A stretch of 64,000 nt of DNA from Eukaryota sp. TZLM1-RC (Eukaryota > Protista > Metamonada: BaSk clade), in NCBI GenBank assembly GCA_040285825.1, contig JAUPSS010000007.1:1583475-1647474 (forward strand), given 5' to 3'. The notes beneath the pieces were generated by a model. The model saw only the letters and a list, made by a program, of their open reading frames with translations. It did no database searches and was not told the origin of the DNA. This document shows positions 23,871 to 36,200 of this stretch, in pieces. Every line of letters begins with the position of its first letter. The first letter of the stretch is position 1. A program made the translations under genes and the position numbers.

Positions 23871-26800
23871 GCGTTTGTCCAAAATCATCATCTTCTTGAG
23901 CCTTTGATAGGCTATAGTATTCTTCACAGTGTCCTCAGGTTGAGTAGTTTGGGTTCCATCAGACCAAAGAATTAAAGCTTCTCCATCAGTGACATCGAAA
24001 ATGGCATCTATGAGGAGTTAGCCAGCATCGGCGGCTGAATAGGCGTTGAGAATATGGTCTGGCAGGGAAGACAAGCAAGGTTTGATCAGATGAATAGAGG
24101 TTTTGATCTGATAACTAGTAATAGGGTTTTCGACTAGGAGGGAGCTACGAGTTAGGTTCTGTTTGACGATGTAGGGACCAACAAAATGTCCATGTAATTT
24201 GTTGGGACTTTCTCGCAGAACGAAAACGCGGCAACCAGGTTGAGGGACAAACTTCGGCTCAGAAAATACGGGTTCGGATGGGGAGTTTCCATTGATTTAT
24301 AATTTCAGAGATAAGTTAGAGAGATACGTTAGGTAATCTGGCACGTCTGGTTGATCTGGTCTGAATTCCAGAGCTTTCAGTATATCTACCGGTAACAAAC
24401 GGGGAGATACATCAGAGCCAAACATTAGTTCATAAGGACTTGTGTTGAGAGATTTCCGGTGATTGTTATTTGCTATCATTAGGCAGAACGGGAGGTAAAC
24501 GGCAAAGTCCAGAAGAAGCTTTCTTAGATTTTGGAGGATGAAACGGTGTTGTCTTTCAACCAAACCGTTGGATTGGTAAATGTGTGGAATGGAGGTGGTT
24601 TGGATTATGTTTAAGAGTTGACATCACGAGGCGAAGACAGCGTTGCAGAACTCAGTACCATTATCTGAGTGAATTGATTTTGATGCTCCAAATATTGCGT
24701 AAACGTGGGTTAGGATCGAATCAGCTACAGTGATGGCTTTGATATCGGGCACTGGGGCAAGAATGCTGAATTTGGTGAAAGCATCGACAAAATGAAGTAC
24801 ATATTTGTTTTGTCGAGAATCGGGTTGGAAAGGAACAATATTATCACAGTGCAGATACTCGAAAGGTCTGTGGGAACGAGACAGAGATTCAGAGGCGGAG
24901 ATCTGGTCCTTGGGGACATCAGCGTTCTTCTGGCAGAAAATGCAACTTCAAACATGGAGTTCAAGGTCTGCTTTCATAGTGGGCCAGTAAAAACCGGACA
25001 TGTTGAGGGACTTCCAGGATTTAAAGAGAGATGGATGTCCGGCTTTGTTGGAACCATGGATGTGGTTCAGAATCTCTGGGACCATTGAGCGTGGAATCAG
25101 GATCTTTTTCGATGGGGTTAGCTTCAGGCCAGTCTTTTCATTAAAAATGCAACCAGAAAATAGTTCGTCATCGTCGGGGAGCTTTTGTTGCACATAGAAG
25201 ATTTTTTTTAGAAAAGCTTCAGCAGGGGAATGAACATGCTTCTGTACAATGACATCAGATGAGGACGCTTCAGATGAAATTTGTTCGGATGCAACTTTTT
25301 GAGTGTCTTCTTCTGTTACTTTATGGGGAATTTAGAATCTTGTTGTCACGTTGACTATGGTGCAAGCAAGTTCGGGGAATAGGTCAGGAACTTGAAATGG
25401 AATGAGAGAAAACATTTTTTTGCTATACGTTTCGTCAGGAAGAGATCTTGGGAGAACCACGGCTTGGCGTTCTCTATCGTAAAAGGCAACCTTATAATTA
25501 AAAGAAATAGTATCTAACGGTTTAGCTATTCGGATGAAATTGTCAATGGTAAGTTCATCTAACAGCAAACGGCGAATATTGTAGACGTCAGGGCAGAAAT
25601 TACAGGAATGGAGTTTCTGGGAGAGAAAGTAGCCAGAGTGTTCTTCAGAGTCATACCTAGTTACTTGATGGAAAGATATTATTCCATCATCAATGGAGAT
25701 CACAGAGTTTACTAATTTAGCGTCAGCTGTTCTGGTCTTTCTCTTCTTCTTCTTTTCATCAACAGGAAAGGATCGAGACCTGTAATCGGCCCAATGATTT
25801 TTGGGTCCCTCAACATGGACACAGTCAAATGAGTAGAACTGAAGTACGGGAATCCAACGCAGAACCATGCGGTTGGAGTCAGGGCAAGAAAGCAGATAGG
25901 ATAGATTTTTGTGGTCACAAAATAGGGTTCAATGTTTAGTCTTCAGGAAGGATGAGAGGTTTGGCTGGTTGAAAGTCATTACAATAGCAAATAATTCCTT
26001 CTGCATAGTTGACCATCGTTGTTGAGAAGGGGTGAGTATCCTGGAATAAAATGACAGAGGGGCTACATTTCTTTCAGAGAGACAGGTTCCAGGTTCGGAT
26101 GGGGAAAGTTCTTTCCAGATAATGCCGGCGATGCCTTTCTCGGAAGCATCAGTAGAGACTAATATTTGAGAACTATCATCGGGAAGTATTACTGGTGCAC
26201 TATTTGATACCAACTTCTCAATGTTCTGAAAGCATTCAGTCTGTTGTTGGTTCAAGTGTATCTTGCGAGGAGAGCTTTTCAGCAGTTCAGTGAGCGGGGC
26301 GAGTTCAGTGCTTACAGCGGGTCACCAATCTCGAACGAAGTTGATTGCACCAACAAAAGAAAGTCGTTCTGGCACGAAAGTAGGAATATGAATTTTGTTC
26401 AATTTTTCAATTCTAGATGGGCAGATACTTCGAGTAGCTTTTTCGAAAATAGTTCCATATACACGAATTGGATAGTCTTTGGTCTCAAAGGCGCATTTGT
26501 GTACGCCATTTCGCACACGGTAATCTCGGGCTCTCGTGAATATATACTCTAGGCGGTTCAAGAAATCTGTTTTACTTTCTGCAGCAACGATTATATCATC
26601 GAGATAAATGAATACTCCCTTACAATCGAAGATTTTTTTCATTAAGTTTGAGAAGATTGCTGGGACGTTCTTCAGCCCGAAAGCGGCACGGGTAAACATT
26701 ACCTTCCTTCCAGGTATTACAATGGCTGTTTTAGGTTAGTCTTCTGGGCGTAAATTTAATTGCCAAAAGGCTTTGGGTAGATCTAGTGTTGCTACATAGG

Positions 26801-27625
26801 TGGCAGACGACTAGGCGCAGACGTTTGTAATCCTGGGGAGATCAGTGGGAATGGGGACAGTTAGATCGTTGATACCGTTGTGGGGTGGAATAATCTCCAG
26901 TTAATCTTGGTGCCTTACCGGGGCACAAACGAGGTGGATTGGAGAGGCGAAAAGACCGTCATAAGGGACAGCAAAACCATTCTTCAGTAGAGTATCAATT
27001 TCTTCATTAGCAATCTTTAGTTTGTCGGGGGGTAGGAATCTAGCTTTCTTACTAACAACAGCTGATTCATCATGGAATTCCAACTTCATAGGTTCACACT
27101 TAATTCCTTCAGGAGCGGGTAGTTTAGCACGGTCAGGGCAGTATCATTGAGATTGAAGCTGGTTTTCTCAATGTCAGGTAACTTCTTTAATAGATTGTCA
27201 TCTAGAGCTTGGACGAATTCAGGGACAGTCGTGATATCAGTTAGGTCGTCGTGAGAGCAAACGTTCTGACAATCAGGAAGGAAACAGTCAGGGATAGATT
27301 CATCTTCTTGAATTTGTAAGTTGCGAATTGAATGATTAATAAACAGAAAATCTTCAGTTAATGGACTAAGGCGTTTCAGGGCGTCACAACCGAGAATAAA
27401 ATTGTTGGGGCAGGGTAACAGACAGAGTCTCAAGGTTATATAGGTTAGCTTAGCGGTTCCTCCTAACATAAAAGCGAATCTTCCTTTGGCTAGCTTAACA
27501 TCAATTAGCTTCCCATCAGCTAAACTTAAAGAAGTGGTCTTGTTTTCTACATGGAGCTTGGCGACATCAGCGAGTCCTTCGGAAATACAGGATACGGTTG
27601 CTCCAGTGTCAACCATACCATATAG
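23838..27625 (-). pseudogene. pol: gypsy pol (PR-RT-RH-IN-chromodomain), disrupted
   Basis: ORF pieces 27086-27616, 26901-27089, 26322-26699, 25929-26255, 25332-25868, 24948-25193 and 24297-24563 carry the expected motifs in gypsy order. Confidence 0.9.
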
Positions 27626-28900
27626 AAAGTGATCAGGGTAAAGATCTTGAGATGTAACAGGTGTTTGTCCATCGGTTGATTCAGTTCTTTCAGCGTGAAA
27701 GAGATCTTAGACCTATTAGGGATTATCAGACAGGCAGGGGCAGGGGCGGAGACTTTGGCTGCGACTAAAGTATTTACAGATTCAGTTGCTGAACTTTCAG
27801 AAGATTCTTCGAGAGAAGAGTTTTTATCAGATGGACCAGGTCGTTTTGCACGGTCAGCGTCCAGGAGGGCCATATCAGAATCGAGGTGAGAACTTGTTCT
27901 CTCCAGTGAAAAATCATGAATGTTATCCCTCAGGGTTTTTGTTCTGGTCACGTATCTGATGAAAATCAGTCTCAAAAGAGTTTCTGGCAGTTAGTAAAGA
28001 ATCAGTTACCTTTTCAACAACAGAAGCTTCGCAGGAGCTCACCCTTTCGTCCTGCATCATGGCTGCCCACAAAAATTTCAGGACTTCGTTTATGGCTCAA
28101 TGAGCTGGAAAACAGGGTGTCTTCTGCTTGGCTACCTGTGGTTTGCTAGGTTCAACATACGTTAAGTCTGGAAATGAGGGAAAATCTCGGCCAGGGAGGA
28201 CAGAATCTAGATTTTCAAACACATCGTCTAGATCATAGCAATTAAAGTCGGAGAAAAAGATATTAGGGCTAGAAGAGTTTGAAGTGTCTTCAGAGTAGCT
28301 ATCGAAGTTTATTGAAAGATACAGCTTGTAGGCTTGAGCTGTGTCCTCTATCCTAGTACAGGACAGGATATAATCGAGAATCTTCTTGGGTTTCCTTGAG
28401 GAAATATGGTGAATAATCAGCACTGTATCGTGAATTTCAGGGGCGATACATCTTGGGATGTATTGTAACATCAGGGCTTCAGCATCAGCAACAGAGTTAT
28501 GTGCATCCACAGGTTCATACAAGTTTTCAGGGTTCTCATCATCTTCAGAGAACAGGTCAAGAGATTCAGGTTCATCAGCCTCGTCAATAGAATCATAGAG
28601 ATTATATTGAATTTCTTCAGGACTTTGTTCTTCTTCATGGTCTCCTTCGACGGGCTGAGCTATTTTGACGGGTTTTTTGCGGCGAGCAGAGCGGCGAGAG
28701 GAACGAGAGCAATGTCCGGAAAGCTGAGCATTAGTTGAAGAGGCGGGACGGGACAGGAACATACGGATAGCAAAGTCACTCAATTCTTCGGCAAAGCGAG
28801 CACAGGAAGTGCGGTCAGCATTGCGAAGAATTGGAGCAACTAGGCTTGAACTACTCTTGGGAGCCACAGTAATAACTGTTGGGTCAACAAAGGGATGCAT
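27626..28900 (-). pseudogene. gag: Putative gag, disrupted
   Basis: ORF 28097-28900 and downstream fragments lie between the 5' LTR and the protease. Assigned by position only; no Zn knuckle seen. Confidence 0.65.
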
Positions 28901-29062
28901 CAGGTAATAAACTAGGACACAGGGTGTTTATTACAGCGGGTGTGAATAATCAGGAGAATTTGAACAAGAGTCTAGATACATAAGTGATGACGTGGCATCA
29001 CGTGGTACTGTAACTACTAATAAACAATAATAAACTATAATCTATATTGGCATAAGCCTACA
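28877..29062 (-). repeat. 5' LTR (186 bp)
   Basis: Direct repeat of 23652-23837. Contains TGACGTGG and CACGTG motifs. Confidence 0.95.
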
Positions 29063-29574
29063 CATTAGAAGAAACCGTAGCAGCAACAAAAACATTTCTT
29101 TGTATAGTCCAAACATTACATGGTTGCCATTCCTTCTGCCTAACCATCGTCAACGCTGGCGTTATCTTTTTTTAATCTCTGCTTTAAGCTGCTTTTGCTG
29201 ATGTGTCCCTTCTAATGAATAGTATTCTCATTCAACTAAAATTCTGTCTAATATTCAATCTAATTCAAGCAAGAAATCACTTTAACTAGACCTACCCAGA
29301 GCAGTTTCTTGTTTCGCAAAAAGTAGAATTTAATCTTTTACGAGATCTATTGTGTAAATATTTCTTCAAATTTTCCAAAAAGTGTATTCTTCGAGAGCCA
29401 AATGAATATGTTCATCTGCTTATTCCCAGTTACAGTCCATAATTGAATGAGTTTTATTTTGAACTTGAAAGATTGCCACCACAAATTAGGACTAAATGTT
29501 TTCTCCAATCGATTCAAGAAATTGCAAACTGATCCAATTTTAATTTGCAATTTTGCTGTGAAAAGCTCAAACAA

Positions 29575-30480
29575 AAATTGTCAAAGATTTTTGAAAGCTT
29601 GAATTTTGAAAAAGAAACCCGCTGTTGCAAATCTTTTACAAGATATGTGTGATGGTACTTCTTCTGCCTCAGTTACAGCCATTCCTCAAGTTTATGGTAG
29701 TCTCTTAACTAATTCTGCTTGGACTTTGAATATGAGATTTCATTCGTTTATCATGCCTGATAATTTACCTCATAATTTAATAAGTAAATGTTTTCGAAAA
29801 ATTACAGTTACTCGTTACAGTTACTTTTGGTCAAATTGTAAACATTTTATTACTTTCAGAAGTGAGGTTCACGATGCTGTAAAAGACTAATTATATTGTA
29901 TTGTAAGACTCATAGAATTGAATCCTTTTTTGGAACCTCTGTTGGCAAATCTGTTTGATACTGAAGATGATTTTTATAAACATGATAGAGTTGATGTCAT
30001 ATTACCTGGATTGTATGGATGCTTCATTTGATTGGATGTAATGTCTGTTGATCTTTGTAATGCCTCTAATGAAAGGCTTGTTAATTGTGAAATTCATAAT
30101 CTGCTTTCAAATGCTGAAAACTTCAAAATCAAAAATAAAATACACCTTTCCCAATTGATCAATCAACAGCATGCAAAATACAATTTGTATCCATTTGTAT
30201 TTTCTCTTTTTGGTTCACTTTCTCCCAATGCCATACGTTTCCGGAAGATTTTGAAATGATTACAAATAGATGAACTAACAGAAATTTCCACAAATTGTTT
30301 TGGTAAAATAGAACTGTGTTTTCTATTTTTAAAGGGGTCATGAAGATGGTATCTCATGCTTTGCTTTCTCTTGGATCTCATTTTAAGAGAGTTGCATCTA
30401 ATGTTTTTGTTATGGGAGAGATGGATTTTTTAGATGTTGATTAATTTAATTTTTAATTTAATTTTTATTAAATTAATAAT
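29575..30480 (+). mobile_element. Decayed 5'-truncated CRE-like family-3 copy
   Basis: Closely similar to 6372-7211 (ANLLQDMCD.TSSA, DVMSVD.CNASNERLVN, and the terminal GEMDFLDVD), with stops and frameshifts. Confidence 0.88.
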
Positions 30481-30489
30481 ACAATTTTT

Positions 30490-33299
30490 TTTCGTCCTTC
30501 CTCTACATATAACCGTTTAACTTAAAACCTGGCTGAACCGCGATCAGTGCTTCTATTCTTTCTTGTTGATGCCTGAATCAGTTTCTGATTCTAATATAGT
30601 CAAAAGAAAGAACGATAGACAACAAGATGCTCAAGACGTCCTTTCTACCTCTCCTCCTCAACCTCTTCTCTCTTCATTTTTGGACAAAAAAAATTCTGAT
30701 CAAGAATTTTTAGACAATCACGATGAAAACAAAGTTTGTTCAAAAACAAAGCCACGCTCCTACAGATGCTCAAAGTGTCGACAACAGGGACATAATGCTC
30801 GAACATGCCCCAATGTTGGAAAAAATGATGTGGCAAATTCTGAAACAAAATGTAAAAGAAAATTTATTAGAAGGAAAGAGTCTAAGGTAGAACCCATAAA
30901 TGATGCTCCACAAGTAGTTGCAAAACCAGTTAGCAATCGATTGAAATACAAAACTTGCAACAATTGTGGTATTTCTTTTAGAAAAAATGCAAAAGGAAAA
31001 ACTTCTGATCGATGCTTGAAATGCCGCATAGTTGATAACTACCATCCTCCCATAAGAATACCTCAAGAAATTCATCCGACTAAATGCAATGAATTTGTTT
31101 TCGTTTTTCAAAGATTTTTGGATCAATTATGCAAAGGAAAGTATGCTATCAATATTATTTGGGACTTTTTTGGTTCTTTTTGTCCTCCTTTTGAACAAAA
31201 TTTCGTAAATATTTTCGAAGATTTAACTAATATAGCACCGAGAAATCAGTCATCCGAGAAATTAAGTAAAATTTTTGAAGACAAATGCTTTCACAACAAA
31301 TGGTCCAAAGCTTTTTCAGCTTTAAGTCCCGGAGTTAAAGCACCCAACAATGAAAACGCAATAGATAAACTAAAAATACTTCATCCTTATGAAGACCTTA
31401 TAATGGATCAAAATTTTTACGGCACATACTGGGAAAATTATCCATTGATGCCATCAGAAGTTTTTTCGGTTATCAAAAAGAGACCACGTGGTAAGTCTGC
31501 CGGACTTTCTGGTACTACCATTGATCATGTAAAAGCCGCGATTATTTCTTCAGAAGATTGCCTTGGTTTATTAACCAAATTTTTCAACCAAATATTATCT
31601 CGTCAACTCAAATACCCAGAAGAACTAAGAAGTTCTCGTTTGACTGCTCTTGTCAAAAATTCAAAAATGGATGTTCGTCCTATTGCAGTCTCTGAGAGCT
31701 TACACAATATTTTTTCTGCGTGTTGCTTAAGCAGGTTTAACGAAAAAGCAAAACAAATATTATTACCCTTTCAATATTGTATAAATACTACAGATGGAGT
31801 CTCCTTAGCGATATCTGCTACTGATGTTTTATTTCGCCAAAATGAATCCAATGTTTGCATGTCATTGGATTTTAGTAATGCTTTCAATTCACTAAGTCGT
31901 CGCAGTATCCATGGTGCTCTATTGCAATATATGCCGGAATTAATACCGTTCTTTCAATCAACATATTGCACATATTCGAAATTACATTTTGGTAATAGCA
32001 TTTTGAGTTCATCAAGTGGCGTAAAGCAAGGAGATCCGTTAGGACCTCTTTTGTTTTGTTTGGCCATTCATCCTATTTTACTGCAAATTCAAGAGATGGT
32101 TCCTTCACTGAAAATGATAGCATATATGGATGATGTTGTGCTTAGTGGTGATTTAAATATTGTGAAACAAGAAACTGTATGTTTCCAAGAAATATTTGCC
32201 AAAATTGGTCTCCGACTTATTTTACTTAAATGTGTTTTGTTATCGAATTCTCCAGTTTCCACAATAGTTGATTATATTGAAATTCAAGCCAAATTATATT
32301 CAATTGATGCTATTCGTCAGTTGGGTTAGTTTTTAGGAAATAATGATGAAATTACCAAAAAATTGTTTGAAAAGTTGAACTCAATTTCTGACAAAATTGA
32401 CCGAATGATGAATTTAGACATAAAAAAACACATCAAATTTACCATTATAAGACTGTGTTTTAGTTCCAATTTTAATCATATATTTCGATCTACAAATCCT
32501 CTCGTCACTAGACCTTTAGCTCAAAAGTTTAATGAGTTACGTGCAAAAGTTCTGTCTCCATTACTGGGATGTAAAATGTTTCAAATTCCAGATCATTACC
32601 TTAGTCCACATTATGGTGGTTTAGGGTGGACGAAGGCTTCTATTCTTATCTTGTGTGCTTTTGTTGGTGGATGCAGAAATGCAATTTTTGAGTTTTCCGA
32701 AAGATTTGCAGATTGGGAAGATTTATTGATGACAACGCAAAGTTCCACTGTTTTTGCATTAAATGAAGAAATTTCAAGAATTGATGTAGATAAATGGGGT
32801 CGATGTTTTCCCCAATCATTCAATGGCAATATTCCAGAAAAAAATATTTTAAATTTGAAGTGAACTCTTCGAACATTACAGAAACGATTGACTGGAATGT
32901 ATGAAAAAGATCTTTATAAAAATATATGCAGCTCGGCTGTTTTAAATCAAGATCTTCACTCATTGTTATTGGAAAAGGGTGTTTGTGAAAACAAGTCGTC
33001 AGATTCTTCACTTTTTGTAACCATTGTACCACGAAGATTTGGATTGTGTGCCACTAATGAAGCATTTGTAACAAAAATGAGATTAAATTTGAACATCCCC
33101 ATTAACCAATTTTATCAAAAGAAAAATGTATTTGTTCGAATTCACCTCAACTCGCTTTGCGCCATGCTCTAAATTGATAACTTATCGTTCTTCATTACAT
33201 GATGCTGTTAGAGACACTGTTTTCAATATGGCACAAACTGCAAGGATATCGTGTATCAAAGAGAGCCTTCTGAAGGAAACACTTTCTCTGAATAATTTT
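30490..33299 (+). mobile_element. CRE-like element (family 4): 5'-complete, pseudogenised, 3'-truncated before the RLE catalytic motif
   Basis: ATG at 30569. N-terminal CSKCRQQGHNARTC knuckle and CNNC..CLKC. RT motifs KSAGLSG, VRPIAVSE, LDFSNAFNS, GVKQGDPLGP, YMDD, PHYGGLG. In-frame stops at 32329 and 32863, frameshift near 33120. HDAVRD, then an abrupt join to satellite A. Confidence 0.9.
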
Positions 33300-36200
33300 A
33301 CTGAGGCTCAGTAATGTAATGAGTTCAGTAATGATTTACTGAGGCTCATATGCAGTTCCTAGTTTCGTATATTGACAAATGGTTGTTTATTACAATCGTT
33401 GGTCAAATCTTTAAAGTCCATTTTGGGACAATTATTATAACAATTGTGGTGTTAAAGTCCGTGCTATGGTCATTTGAGTAGTCATTGATTTGATTGGTTG
33501 AATGGTCATTGGTGTGATTTGGTGAGTTGCATGTAGTCCTTATGTACTAGATGTGATCAACTTGTGATCAAACTTTGTGTGAAATTGTGTGTGAGTAATG
33601 TTGGCTATGTGTTACTTGATCAGTACAAACGCATGATTACATTTTCAAATGATTTTGTATATATTTGAATTAATTGAGTGTATTAATTTTTAAACATTAA
33701 ATTGTAAAAAAAGTAAAAAATCAAAAAGTATACAATTGAATGTTGTAAACTTATAAAACAATTGCTGTAAGTGTAAGAGTATCGTTTTTGATACGATTTA
33801 CTGAGGCTCATATGAAGTTCCTAGTTTCGTATATTGACCAATGGTTGTTTATTACAATGATTGGTCAAATCTTTAAAGTCCATTTTAGGACAATTAATAT
33901 AACAATTGTGGTGTTAAAGTCCTTGCTATGGTCATTTGAGTAGTCATTGGTTTGATTGGTTGAATGGTCATTGGTGTGATTTGGTGAGTTGCATGTAGTC
34001 CTTATGTACCAGATGTGATCAACTTGTGATCAAACTTTGTGTGAAATTGTGTGTGAGTAATGTTGGCTATGTGTTACTTGAGCAGTACAAACTCATGATT
34101 ACATTTTCAAATGATTTTGTATATATTTGAATTAATTGAGTTTTATTTTTAAACATTAAATTGTAAAAATAGTAAAAAAATCAAAAAGTATACAATTGAA
34201 TGTTGTAAACTAATAAAACAATTGCTGTAAGTGTAAGAGTATCGTTTTTGATACGATTTACTGAGGCTCATATGCAGTTCCTAGTTTCGTATATTGACAA
34301 ATGGTTGTTTATTACAATCGTTGGTCAAATCTTTAAAGTCCATTTTGGGACAATTATTATAACAATTGTGGTGTTAAAGTCCGTGCTATGGTCATTTGAG
34401 TAGTCATTGGTTTGATTGGTTGAATGGTCATTGGTGTGATTTGGTGAGTTGCATGTAGTCCTTATGTACTAGATGTGATCAACTTGTGATCAAACTTTGT
34501 GTGAAATTGTGTGTGAGTAATGTTGGCTATGTGTTACTTGATCAGTACAAACTCATGATTACATTTTCAAATGATTTTGTATATATTTGAATTAATTGAG
34601 TGTATTAATTTTTAAACATTAAATTGTAAAAAAAGTAAAAAAATCAAAAAGTATACAATTGAATGTTGTAAACTAATAAAACAATTGCTGTAAGTGTAAG
34701 AGTATCGTTTTTGATACGATTTACTGAGGCTCATATGAAGTTCCTAGTTTCGTATATTGACCAATGGTTGTTTATTACAATCATTGGTCAAATCTTTAAA
34801 GTCCATTTTGGGACAATTAATATAACAATTGTGGTGTTAAAAGTCCGTGCTATGGTCATTTGATTAGTCATTGGTATGATTGGTTGAATGGTCATTGGTA
34901 TGATTAGATGAGTTGCATGTAGTCTTTATGTACTAGATGTGATCAACTTGTGATCAAACTTTGTGTGAAATTGTGTGTGAGTAATGTTGGCTATGTGTTA
35001 CTTGATCAGTACAAACTCATGATTACATTTTCAAATGATTTTGTATATATTTGAATTAATTGAGTGTATTAATTTTTAAACATTAAATTGTAAAAAAAGT
35101 AAAAAATCAAAAAGTATACAATTGAATGTTGTAAAACTAATAAAAACAATTGCTGTAAGTGTAAGAGTATCGTTTTTGATACGATTTACTGAGGCTCATA
35201 TGAAGTTCCTAGTTTCGTATATTGACCAATGGTTGTTTATTACAATCATTGGTCAAATCTTTAAAGTCCATTTTGGGACAATTAATATAACAATTGTGGT
35301 GTTAAAGTCCGTGCTATGGTCATTTGATTAGTCATTGGTATGATTGGTTGAATGGTCATTGGTATGATTAGATGAGTTGCATGTAGTCTTTATGTACTAG
35401 ATGTGATCAACTTGTGATCAAACTTTGTGTGAAATTGTGTGTTAGTAATGTTGGCTATGTGTTACTTGATCAGTACAAACTCATGATTACATTTTCAAAT
35501 GATTTTGTATATATTTGAATTAATTGAGTGTATTAATTTTTAAACATTAAATTGTAAAAAAGTAAAAAATCAAAAAGTATACAATTGAATGTTGTAAACT
35601 AATAAAACAATTGCTGTAAGTGTAAGAGTATCGTTTTTGATACGATTTACTGAGGCTCATATGAAGTTCCTAGTTTCGTATATTGACCAATGGTTGTTTA
35701 TTTCAATCATTGGTCAAATCTTTAAAGTCCATTTTGGGACAATTAATATAACAATTGTGGTGTTAAAGTCCGTGCTATGGTCATTTGAGTAGTCATTGGT
35801 TTGATTGGTTGAATGGTCATTGGTGTGATTTGGTGAGTTGCATGTAGTCCTTATGTACCAGATGTGATCAACTTGTGATCAAACTTTGTGTGAAATTGTG
35901 TGTGAGTAATGTTGGCTATGTGTTACTTGATCAGAACAAACTCATGATTACATTTTCAATTGATTTTGTATATATTTGAATTAATTGAGTTATTAATTTT
36001 TAAACATTAAATTGTAAAAATAGTAAAAAATCAAAAAGTATACAATTGAATGTTGTAAACTAATAAAACCATTGCTGTAAGTGTAAGAGTATCGTTTTTG
36101 ATACGATTTACTGAGGCTCATATGAAGTTCCTAGTTTCGTATATTGACCAATGGTTGTTTATTACAATCATTGGTCAAATCTTTAAAGTCCATTTTGGGA

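Larger units (their letters stand above)
23652..29062 (-). mobile_element. Ty3/gypsy LTR retrotransposon, full length but decayed, chromovirus-like
   Basis: 186-bp direct LTRs with TG..CA ends. Minus-strand order is gag, protease (VDTGATVS), RT (FGLKNVP, YLDD), RNase H (TDAS, KELFAI), integrase (HIH..GHP..CIFC, SDNGTEF, VERQH, GPY). Many stops and frameshifts. Confidence 0.95.

Noticed and set aside
24725-28738. Plus-strand and alternate-frame ORFs inside the gypsy element, and similar ORFs inside the Kelch, kinase and RT genes
   Set aside because: They are shadow ORFs of the real coding frames.
30490-30568. HDV-like ribozyme in the family-4 5' UTR
   Set aside because: Only a small CTGA..TCAG hairpin is visible; the nested double pseudoknot could not be built.
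2677-32863. Stop-codon reassignment suggested by in-frame stops in transposon ORFs
   Set aside because: All three stop types occur together with frameshifts in decayed elements, while the long host genes are open and end normally under the standard code.
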